A DNA stretch of 64,000 bases from an uncultured Gammaproteobacteria bacterium (lineage in GTDB: Bacteria; Pseudomonadota; Gammaproteobacteria; Steroidobacterales; Steroidobacteraceae). Position numbers and translations under genes: made by a program. The stretch lies in contig CAWGLW010000001.1 in assembly GCA_963823525.1 (NCBI GenBank), forward strand, positions 491,252-555,251, written 5' to 3'. Below the pieces are notes generated by a model, which was not told the origin of the DNA, did not search any database, and saw only the letters and a list, made by a program, of their open reading frames with translations. This document shows positions 48,127 through 56,063 of this stretch, piece after piece. Every line of letters begins with the position of its first letter. Position 1 is the stretch's first letter.

Positions 48127-49100
48127 CCTCATCGGTCCTTGTGATCGATTCGAGCGGTGACGAAAGCACAGAAGCGATCCGCCGAGAAGGTGTCCTGGCC
48201 GGTCTGCGAGAGCATCCGCCCCGGCTCTCTCCAATCTGGTTTTACGACCAGCGGGGTTCTGAACTGTTCGAGGCGATCTGTGAGCTGCCGGAGTATTACC
48301 TGACGCGGACCGAACTGGCCATCATGCGGGCGCATGCGCGCGAGATTGCGGATATTCTTGGGCCCGGCGTCGCGTTGATCGAGCCTGGCAGCGGCGCGAG
48401 CCTGAAAACACGGCTGCTGCTCGACACCGTGGATGACCTGGCAGCCTACGTGCCGGTCGACGTATCGCGCGAACACCTGATCGACGTTGCCCGGAGCCTG
48501 CTGCAGAGTTACCCGACGCTCGACATCCGCCCGGTTTGCGAAGACTTCACCGATTTGCTGAGCATCCCGACCGCCGTGCTGCACGCGGCTGAGCGTCGCG
48601 TCGTGTATTTCCCCGGCTCAACGATCGGCAACTTCGAGCGAGTCGAAGCGATTCGCCTGCTGCAGCAGATGCGTGAGACAGTCGGTGAGCAGGGCCGGGT
48701 ATTGATCGGCATGGACCGGGTCAAAGACGCGAGTGTGCTCGAGCGCGCCTACGACGACCCGGCCGGCGTGACGGCTGAATTCAATCTCAACGCATTGCGG
48801 CACCTGAATCGCGAAATGGATGCGGATTTCGACCTCGACGCATTTTCACATCGCGCGATCTGGAATTCGCAGGAGAAGCGAATTGAAATGCACCTGCGGG
48901 CCGATCGGGATATCGCGGTTTCGGTGGCCGGTCAGGCATTCGAACTGAGGCGCGACGACTACCTGCTGACCGAGTACTCGCACAAATATACGCTCGAGGA
49001 CGCCGAGGCAATGGCGGGTGAAGCCGGCCTCGAGGTTCAGCGACACTGGTCGGATCCGAACGACTGGTTCATCGTACTGCTGCTCGCGCCCGTTCACTAG
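48123..49100 (+). CDS. egtD: L-histidine N-alpha-methyltransferase EgtD
   Basis: PRLSPIWFYDQRGSELFEAICELPEYYLTRTE, IEPGSGASLKTRLLL, YFPGSTIGNF, EYSHKYT. The ATG overlaps the egtB stop (ATGA). Confidence 0.88.
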   Translation: MTSSVLVIDSSGDESTEAIRREGVLAGLREHPPRLSPIWFYDQRGSELFEAICELPEYYLTRTELAIMRAHAREIADILGPGVALIEPGSGASLKTRLLLDTVDDLAAYVPVDVSREHLIDVARSLLQSYPTLDIRPVCEDFTDLLSIPTAVLHAAERRVVYFPGSTIGNFERVEAIRLLQQMRETVGEQGRVLIGMDRVKDASVLERAYDDPAGVTAEFNLNALRHLNREMDADFDLDAFSHRAIWNSQEKRIEMHLRADRDIAVSVAGQAFELRRDDYLLTEYSHKYTLEDAEAMAGEAGLEVQRHWSDPNDWFIVLLLAPVH

Positions 49101-49186
49101 TGGATGCTTGCGTCGCGTCGTAGCGTTTGCGGTTGCCGCCGGCGACGCGATCCGTACGCTTTTCGGATAGTCATGGAGCCCCTGAC

Positions 49187-50011
49187 ATGCGACAAAGAAA
49201 AGTTACAATGCTGAGGGCCCTGAACATGAGACCAACGCTCCTTTCGAACCGCCGTTACGTCTGGCCATCGCTTGTCTTGATGACGGTCGCGCTCCTGCCT
49301 CTGTCGACAGCGAACGCCGAAGGCGATATTCGCACCGAGCGCGTACAGTTTGCGCGCGGCGCGACCAGCGCGACCGTCGAGAACTCGATCAAGGGCTATG
49401 AATCAGTCGATTACGTGCTCAGCGCTCGCCAGGGGCAGTACATGAATGTCAGCATGGCGACCGACAACGGAGCCAACTACTTCAACATCCTGGCGCCCGG
49501 GGAAACCGAGGTGGCATTTTTCAATGGCTCGACGAGCGAGAACCAGTACGAGGGCACGCTCCCGGCGACTGGCGACTACAAAGTCCGTGTCTACATGATG
49601 CGCAGCGCCGCACGGCGCAACGAAGTCGCCAACTATCGTCTCGAAATGATCATCGGTGCGAGCGATAGCGCATCACAGCCCAGCGCTGGTTCTGCTGAAG
49701 GCGATGCACTGGTGCCGGGAACCGGTTACAACGCAACCGGCCAGATTCCCTGCGCCATGGGGGGCGGGCAACCGACCGGCTCCTGCCCATTCGGCGTCAA
49801 GCGTGAGAGCGACGGCTCTGGCATGGTCACCGTGACGAAACCTGATGGGCGCAAACGCACCATCTTTTTCGACAAGGGCCGGGCGACCGGAGCGGATGTC
49901 AGTGCGGCGGATCCCGGTGAGTTCAGCTCCAGCCGCCAGGGCGACCTGACGATCGTGCGCATCGGCGAGGAACGTTACGAAATTCCCGATGCGGCCGTCT
50001 TCGGCGGCTGA
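49187..50011 (+). CDS. secreted protein with PliG-like (g-type lysozyme inhibitor) N-domain and Cys-containing C-domain
   Basis: It has a signal peptide. VQFARGATSATVENSIKGYESVDYVLSARQGQYMNVSM...GTLPATGDYKVRVYMMRSAARRNEVANYRLEM resembles my memory of E. coli PliG/YcgK. The start is uncertain (49187 or 49226). Confidence 0.55.
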   Translation: MRQRKVTMLRALNMRPTLLSNRRYVWPSLVLMTVALLPLSTANAEGDIRTERVQFARGATSATVENSIKGYESVDYVLSARQGQYMNVSMATDNGANYFNILAPGETEVAFFNGSTSENQYEGTLPATGDYKVRVYMMRSAARRNEVANYRLEMIIGASDSASQPSAGSAEGDALVPGTGYNATGQIPCAMGGGQPTGSCPFGVKRESDGSGMVTVTKPDGRKRTIFFDKGRATGADVSAADPGEFSSSRQGDLTIVRIGEERYEIPDAAVFGG

Positions 50012-50094
50012 CAATGGCTGCGGCGACAGGCACCGTCCGAATCCAAAGCGCGGTTCGGTACGCAGCTGTTTCGCTATCCGCGGCAGTTGTTGCG

Positions 50095-50126
50095 GCTCGT
50101 CGCTCGCGCGCGCGACAGCTTTTTTG
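50095..50126 (+). terminator. rho-independent terminator
   Basis: A GC-rich hairpin, GTCGCTCGC/GCGCGCGAC (one mismatch), at 50099-50116. It is followed by AGC and TTTTTT (50120-50125), then the next gene's GAAGGAG Shine-Dalgarno sequence. Confidence 0.6.
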
Positions 50127-50139
50127 AAGGAGACGACGA

Positions 50140-50964
50140 ATGAGGGGTAATCCGTTCTTCGCCCTATGGCTGCTGACAGCCCTGCTCTGCTCGACCGGCG
50201 CGTCGGCTGCCATACCCGGTAATGTAAAGAATCTGGTCGGTTCGCGCGCGAGCGGCGGAGAATCCGATTTGCGCTCACGCGGCTACGTCCACATCCAGAC
50301 TCAGAAGGGTGCCGATCGATCGTACAGCATGTGGTGGAACCCCAAAACCGAGGTGTGTATTACCGTTGCCACGATGGACGGCCGTTACAACTCGATCACA
50401 ACGTCGCCCGCAATTGACTGCAATCAGGAACACGTGTCGTCCAGCAACAGCAGCGATGACAGTGCCGCGGCGGCGGCGCTGGTCATCGGTGCAGCCGCCG
50501 TCATTGGCGCGGTCGCACTGGAGCACAAGTCCCATCATCACGAGAAAAAGAGCCATTCCGGCAACCATTCGTACGAAGAGCAATTTGAGCGGGGGCACCT
50601 CGACGGGTTGTACAACCACTCCTTCGATAATCGCGAAAACTCGCAGGCCTACCTGGACGGTTACTACTCAGGCGTTGAGCAACGAAATCATGACACGTCT
50701 TACCGCTACCATTCAGGCCGGCATGGCGGTGGTTACGGGGCCGCGCAGACCACGGAGTTCTCAGAGTTGAACGGACGAAACGTGTCCAAGGCGCACGACA
50801 AGCTTAAGGACTGGGGGTTCCACAAGGTCGACACGCTGGAAAGTGGCAGCACGGAATACACGATCTGGTATCGACGCTCGAGCGGCCAATGCCTGCAGGC
50901 CACCGAGGCCAGCGGCCGGACGGTGGACGTAAGAGACATCAGAGGAAGTCCGGCCTGCCGCTAA
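50140..50964 (+). CDS. hypothetical protein: signal peptide, two copies of a small domain separated by a hydrophobic helix and a His-rich stretch
   Basis: GAAGGAG Shine-Dalgarno sequence. MRGNPFFALWLLTALLCSTGASA is a signal peptide. The N-domain (LVGSRASGGESDLRSRGY...YSMWW...C...GR..SITTSPAIDC) is echoed by the C-domain (LNGRNVSKAHDKLKDWGF...YTIWY...C...GR..DIRGSPAC). Confidence 0.6.
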   Translation: MRGNPFFALWLLTALLCSTGASAAIPGNVKNLVGSRASGGESDLRSRGYVHIQTQKGADRSYSMWWNPKTEVCITVATMDGRYNSITTSPAIDCNQEHVSSSNSSDDSAAAAALVIGAAAVIGAVALEHKSHHHEKKSHSGNHSYEEQFERGHLDGLYNHSFDNRENSQAYLDGYYSGVEQRNHDTSYRYHSGRHGGGYGAAQTTEFSELNGRNVSKAHDKLKDWGFHKVDTLESGSTEYTIWYRRSSGQCLQATEASGRTVDVRDIRGSPACR

Positions 50965-51069
50965 GCCTGACCGGATATTCCGGATCTGCCGACTGCATCC
51001 GATGCGCGGTTCCGTGCGAAACGGTTATTGTGTGTTTTTCACGCTGATACTCATATCGAGGAATGGACC

Positions 51070-51381
51070 ATGACAGACCGATACGAAGTCCAGAAAGAAC
51101 TGGAAGAAAAGCTCGCTGCAGGCGAGGCAGGCCTGGAGAAGCTCAAGGCAAAAATGGCCGAGGCCGGCGATGATGCTTCCGAAGAGATGGCCGAGACTGT
51201 CGCAGCGGCCGAGCGGGCCCTCGGTAAGGGCAAAGCCAAGTTAAGCGAGTTGACAGCGGCCACCGATGAGGAGTTCGAGGCCATGTGGAGCGACACAAAG
51301 GACGCCTGGCATGAGCTCTCGGCGGGCGCAGAACGTGGCTGGCACAGCCTCAGCGACCGGGTTAAGCGCTTCTTTGCCTGA
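51070..51381 (+). CDS. small acidic helical/coiled-coil protein, unknown function
   Basis: GAGGAA Shine-Dalgarno sequence plus ATG at 51070. The sequence is heptad-like and E/K/A-rich. Confidence 0.5.
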   Translation: MTDRYEVQKELEEKLAAGEAGLEKLKAKMAEAGDDASEEMAETVAAAERALGKGKAKLSELTAATDEEFEAMWSDTKDAWHELSAGAERGWHSLSDRVKRFFA

Positions 51382-51479
51382 GAGTGGCCCGGCCAGCCTG
51401 GCGGTGCGTACGCTTTTTCCGTCAGTCTCGTGCAGAGGGTTGGAACAATCAACTTGACAATCCCGGGAAGGAACCGCGC

Positions 51480-52034
51480 ATGAAGATCCTGGACATCCTC
51501 AATGACATGGGCGCTTTGACATCGGTGGCAAATGACCTCGGGCTGAACCAGTCCGAGGTCAGCTCGGCGGCCGCCGCGTTAGTTCCAGCCATACTCGGTG
51601 GCCTGAAGTCGCAGACCCAGACTCAACCGGCGGGCCTTCAGGGCCTGCTGGGTCTACTTGGAGGTCTCGGTGGAGGTGGACTTCTGGACGAAGTGCTTGC
51701 ACCTCAGCCAACCAGCATCAACCGGGGCAACGACGTTCTCCGGCAAGTCTTCGGCTCGAAGGATGTAAGCCGGGCAGTTGCGCAGAATGCGGCCACCCGG
51801 AGCGGCCTCGATCCCGATTCACTCAAGCGGATGCTCCCAGTGCTGGCCATGCTGGTCGTTGGCTACTTGTCGAAGCATGGCGCAGCGCCCGGCGTTGACG
51901 CGAGCGCACTGCAGACGGGTGGCGGAGGGACCGACCCCGGCGTCTTGCAAAATCTGGGCTCGCTGATCGACCTGGACGGTGACGGCAATCCGCTCAACGA
52001 TATCCTTGCGATGACGGACCCATTGATGCGCTAG
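51480..52034 (+). CDS. DUF937 domain protein
   Basis: MKILDILNDMGALTSVANDLGL..., a Gly-rich linker, ...LKRMLPVLAMLVVGYLSKH. ATG at 51480 follows GGAAGGAA. Confidence 0.6.
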   Translation: MKILDILNDMGALTSVANDLGLNQSEVSSAAAALVPAILGGLKSQTQTQPAGLQGLLGLLGGLGGGGLLDEVLAPQPTSINRGNDVLRQVFGSKDVSRAVAQNAATRSGLDPDSLKRMLPVLAMLVVGYLSKHGAAPGVDASALQTGGGGTDPGVLQNLGSLIDLDGDGNPLNDILAMTDPLMR

Positions 52035-52321
52035 GTGTTCCCAGCGGGACAAGGACCGGCGGCGATAGGAAGCGCCGTCGGGCAGATCGTTCGCATTCCA
52101 TGTGTCGTTGCATCCGACCTGTCGTGCCACCGCCGGTCGGATGGTTCCCAATGAAAGATTTTATTCCGTCTCTTTGCGAACGCCCCTTCGACTGACTCGA
52201 GCGTCAGACGCCCGTTCTGGTCGTCGACTCGAGCTACCCGCAGCCTGCCTGCACGCGCCGGACGATGTCGTGCTGACGGCCGCAAAAGAAGTTGCGGCTC
52301 GCCAGCACGACCGCGCCAGGA

Positions 52322-52873
52322 TCAGGGCTTGACGAGGATCATGTTGTGAACCTTCTTGACGCCGTCAATTGCGGCGGCGACATCACCGGCCTGCTTCTTG
52401 TATTTCTCGGCGTTCACCCAGCCACTGAGCAGGACATGGCCCTGCTTAACATCGGTATTGATATCGAATCCTTTCTCGACACCTTCCTGTGTAACCAGTT
52501 TGGTCTTGAGTTTCGCCTGGATGTTGGTGTCGTCAAGGGCCACGCCCATGCTGCGGCTGCCCGCCAGCACAACCATGCCATCTTCAACCTTGGTCACACC
52601 TTCGATCTTGCCGGCCGCCGCGAGCGCCGCCGCTCGTTCGGCTTCCGAGTCAACAAATCCCGCCAATTGAACGTGGCCCTGGTAAACCTCCACGTTGATG
52701 TCGTTGGCCGACACCTTGTCCGAGTCGATCAGCGCGGTCTTCGCGGCCGTCGCCAGCGTCGTATCGTCGACCATGTCGCCGGCCGTCTTCGCGGCGTTTG
52801 CAGACGGCATGGCAATCATCAGGCAGGTGCCCGTGGCCAGTGCAAGCAGGCATTTCTTGATCATCTTGCTCAT
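52322..52873 (-). CDS. BON-domain periplasmic protein (OsmY-like)
   Basis: Signal peptide, then two BON repeats: VEVYQGHVQLAGFVDSEAERAAALAAAGKIEGVTKV and TDVKQGHVLLSGWVNAEKYKKQAGDVAAAIDGVKKV. Confidence 0.8.
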   Translation of the reverse strand: MSKMIKKCLLALATGTCLMIAMPSANAAKTAGDMVDDTTLATAAKTALIDSDKVSANDINVEVYQGHVQLAGFVDSEAERAAALAAAGKIEGVTKVEDGMVVLAGSRSMGVALDDTNIQAKLKTKLVTQEGVEKGFDINTDVKQGHVLLSGWVNAEKYKKQAGDVAAAIDGVKKVHNMILVKP

Positions 52874-53303
52874 CCTTGTTTGAAATAAAGAGGTGTGTGA
52901 ACTGAACAGGTCCGGATGCAGACACGCCTGCACTCAAGCCCGGCGCAACCGCGGAGCCTGCCACCTGAAAACACCGCCCGGCCCGTCGCTCGGCCGCAAG
53001 CTTTGCCGGGCGGCATCGAATTGTCTATCCGCAAAACGAACAACACGGGTGGTACATACGGCCGCTCAGCGGCGCGCTCGGTCGGTTCCCTGAACCTGTC
53101 CTCAACCGCCATGATACCAAGCTGGGCCGCTCCACGAATTGTTTCCAGTATTCCGACAATGCGGGCGTATTGCCATCACAGGCAGGCTAATGGCGGTTTT
53201 TATGAAGGCGCGCGGCTGATGCGGCGGTAAGATCGCTGAAGAAATCGCGCAAGCCACCGATCACGCTGCGCCAGGACGAAAGATCAAGGAGCGGCCAGGC
53301 ATT

Positions 53304-54248
53304 TTGCTCAAGATAAGCATCAAGACAGATGATGTTGACGAGGCTGTCACGCTGTTGAGCCAGCGCTTTGGATCCCATAGCCGGGTTCAGCGCGGTCCCG
53401 GCCCGCTTGGATACGAAATTCGCGGGTTGAAGTCGGCAAAAGTGTTTGTTGGCCATATGTCCGTTGGTGCAGAGAACGTAATCCGCGCCGCCGTGCAGAG
53501 TCCTACCGTTCACCTGCAAGTGCGGAGTGACGTTCTCTATCTGGTGGGGAAGCGCGAGTTGCGGACCGCACCTGGCGGTGCCGTCTTCCTGGCGCCGGGG
53601 CACGAGTACACGGCCCACGTTCGGGCAGGCAACGTCTCGTTCGGCATACAGGTTGACCCCGAGTTATTGAATGCGGAACTGACTGCACGCCGGGCCGGGC
53701 GCACGCGCTCGTTGGCGCTCGTCAGCACCGAGGTCGACCTCTCGCCGGGCTCGCTCGGCGAACTGGAAAACCTGGTCAGAGCACATCGGGCAGCGCGCGA
53801 AGCCGCGGCCAATGAGCCGCGCCGGCCGGGCCTGCTGGCGTCTGAACGGCGACTGGCTGCCTGGATGGCCAATCGGATCCTGGAGCGCTCGGGATGTCAG
53901 GCCGCCTCCCCTGCAAGCCTGCAACTGGCGGAGGACGTCGAGTCATGGATTCGCGCGCACATTGCCGAGCCGATTTCGATGGAACGTCTTCGCAGGAAAA
54001 CCGGGGCCAGCAGCCGGTCTCTGCAAAAAGCGTGTCTGGCGCGCTGGGGGGCGACACCGCTCGAACTCGTTACCAGACTGCGAATGTGGCAGGTGCGCGA
54101 GCGGCTATCCGGCAGACCGCCCGCCTCATCGGTCACGCAGGTTGCCACTGATTGCGGCTTTACCCACCTCGGCCGATTCGCTGCAACGTATAAGCGGACT
54201 TTCGGCGAATACCCGTCGGAGACACGGGGACGACATGCCGCCGACTGA
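53304..54248 (+). CDS. AraC-family transcriptional regulator
   Basis: C-terminal double HTH: WIRAHIAEPISMERLRRKTGASSRSLQKA...VTQVATDCGFTHLGRFAATYKRTFGEYPSET. TTG start as listed in the track. Confidence 0.8.
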   Translation: MLKISIKTDDVDEAVTLLSQRFGSHSRVQRGPGPLGYEIRGLKSAKVFVGHMSVGAENVIRAAVQSPTVHLQVRSDVLYLVGKRELRTAPGGAVFLAPGHEYTAHVRAGNVSFGIQVDPELLNAELTARRAGRTRSLALVSTEVDLSPGSLGELENLVRAHRAAREAAANEPRRPGLLASERRLAAWMANRILERSGCQAASPASLQLAEDVESWIRAHIAEPISMERLRRKTGASSRSLQKACLARWGATPLELVTRLRMWQVRERLSGRPPASSVTQVATDCGFTHLGRFAATYKRTFGEYPSETRGRHAAD

Positions 54249-54438
54249 ACCTCGCGGCGCCAGAATCCGTACGCTGCCCTGACCCTGGCCTGCCATGTTC
54301 CCAATGGATCACCCGTCGGCTAATATTCTTCGTACTCAGGCAGCCCGATCGGTTTACGCGTGCACCGTTCCTCTGCGTATCGGTGAGTCGATCAGCAACC
54401 CGCCCTGGCCCGAATTGAATCGTCACGACGGAGGTTCC

Positions 54439-54786
54439 ATGAAGAAAACAACCGTGCTTGCAGTCCCGTTTTTCGCCGCCACCTTGTTGGCTGGGATCAC
54501 CACGGCCTTTGCCGACAATGCAGAAGCCATGTGCGAAGTGCGAAAGGACGGGGATACGAAGAAAGGCGCATCCGGTCCCTGCGATTTCTCGCAACGCCAG
54601 GGCTACATTGAACTGGACCTCAGAAACGGCGACAAGTACAGCCTGAGTCCCACTGACAAGCCGGATCATTTCAAGGACCAGAAACACAACAAGGTCGTGC
54701 GCAAGTCGGCCAGTGCCAACAGCCAGGAATTCAGGTGGGAAGGCGGCAAGAAGATCATCGTAACTTTCGTCGCCAGCCAGCCGTAG
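54439..54786 (+). CDS. small secreted protein, unknown function
   Basis: GGAGG Shine-Dalgarno sequence plus ATG at 54439. Signal peptide MKKTTVLAVPFFAATLLAGITTAFA. There is a Cys pair (MCEV...GPCDF). Confidence 0.6.
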   Translation: MKKTTVLAVPFFAATLLAGITTAFADNAEAMCEVRKDGDTKKGASGPCDFSQRQGYIELDLRNGDKYSLSPTDKPDHFKDQKHNKVVRKSASANSQEFRWEGGKKIIVTFVASQP

Positions 54787-54820
54787 GGGGCGGCTTCGCC
54801 CTAATGAAAGGCGTCAGCTC

Positions 54821-55165
54821 ATGCAGGCATTTCGCGCATTACTGATCGTGCTCTGGGCACTCATCGCAGGCTATACGACGATCGTAATATCGAACCATGG
54901 CATGGGACTGCTCAGCGTCTTCTTTGGTGACATGGCGGCCATGGGTTGGCCCGGACAGTTCAACCTCGATTTCATGAGCCTGCTGACGCTCTCCGCGCTG
55001 TGGGTTGCCTGGCGTCACCATTTCTCCACCGCAGGGCTGGCGCTCGGAGCGCTGGCCCTGTTCGGTGGCGGTCTGTTCCTGACCACCTACCTGTTCGTCG
55101 TAAGCATCCAGGCCGGTGGCGACATGAAGGAAGTCCTGCTCGGAAAGACACGCGCAAACGCGTAG
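54821..55165 (+). CDS. small integral membrane protein (3-4 TM), unknown function
   Basis: Hydrophobic helices run throughout (ALLIVLWALIAGY, LLTLSALWVAW, LALGALALFGGGLFL). Confidence 0.55.
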   Translation: MQAFRALLIVLWALIAGYTTIVISNHGMGLLSVFFGDMAAMGWPGQFNLDFMSLLTLSALWVAWRHHFSTAGLALGALALFGGGLFLTTYLFVVSIQAGGDMKEVLLGKTRANA

Positions 55166-55253
55166 CCACTTGACGCCGGCAAACCCGGCACATGTGCAGT
55201 GCCTTCGCACGAAATAGCGTATGGTTTCTGGATTCGCCAACGGAAGCCGAGTC

Positions 55254-56036
55254 ATGACCGGTCCCATCATCGAAGTCGCCGCGGATTTCTGGAATTTCAG
55301 AGGCTCGTACAAGATCGGCGGACTGGTCGATGTCGGAACCCACGCGTCGCTGGTGCGCCGCGGCAGTGGACGGTTCGTGCTACTGGATTCCTATACGTTC
55401 AGCGACGAGGTCTCTGCATACATCGGCCAGTTGACCCGCGGCGGCCGGGACATCGAAGCGATTCTGAACTTGCATCCGTTTCACACCGTGCATGTCGAGA
55501 ACGCTCATGCACGTTATCCCAAAGCGACCCTGTACGGCACGGCGCGCCATCACGCTCGCTTTCCCGAACTGCCGTGGGCCCGACTACGGACTGAGGACGC
55601 GGCGCTGCATGCCTTGTTTGCCGATGATTTCGATTTTTCAGTACCGCGCGGTGTCGATTTCATTTCTGCTAACGAAAAGGTGCATTTCTCGTCCGTGCTG
55701 GCCTTCCACCGAGCCTCGGATACCATTCATTCCGACGACACCCTGATGTACCTGGACCTGCCGCTGGTCTTGAAGCTGTTTGGCCTCGGTGATGCCGTTC
55801 GCTTTCATCCAACGCTGGATAAAGCGCTTGAGCGACGCAAGGGTGCCGCGAAGGACTTTCGCAGCTGGGCGAGCGGGATGATCGACCGATGGAAGACAAG
55901 CGTAAACCTGTGCACTGCGCATACGGCGGCCTTATTGGACCGCAATAATCACGGTGAGCCGATACCTGCCCGGTTGGAACGAGCACTGAAGAATGTCGAA
56001 GGCACGCTGAAGGCCCACGAGCGCAGGTTCGATTAG
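55254..56036 (+). CDS. hypothetical protein (possibly DUF4336 / metallo-beta-lactamase-fold-like)
   Basis: The coding-like sequence is unambiguous. ATG at 55254 follows a GGAAG Shine-Dalgarno sequence (55221 is the alternative). The family assignment from memory is weak. Confidence 0.5.
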   Translation: MTGPIIEVAADFWNFRGSYKIGGLVDVGTHASLVRRGSGRFVLLDSYTFSDEVSAYIGQLTRGGRDIEAILNLHPFHTVHVENAHARYPKATLYGTARHHARFPELPWARLRTEDAALHALFADDFDFSVPRGVDFISANEKVHFSSVLAFHRASDTIHSDDTLMYLDLPLVLKLFGLGDAVRFHPTLDKALERRKGAAKDFRSWASGMIDRWKTSVNLCTAHTAALLDRNNHGEPIPARLERALKNVEGTLKAHERRFD

Positions 56037-56063
56037 TCAGGGAGCGATTCCCGCGACAGGACC

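Noticed and set aside
52031-52285. The 84-aa minus-strand ORF with an EF-hand-looking DDQNGRLTLES segment, in the 287-bp DUF937/BON gap.
   Set aside because: The loop does not fit the D-x-D/N-x-D/N-G-x-I-x-x-x-E register. The rest of the ORF is Arg/Pro-rich with no Shine-Dalgarno sequence. It is probably non-coding.
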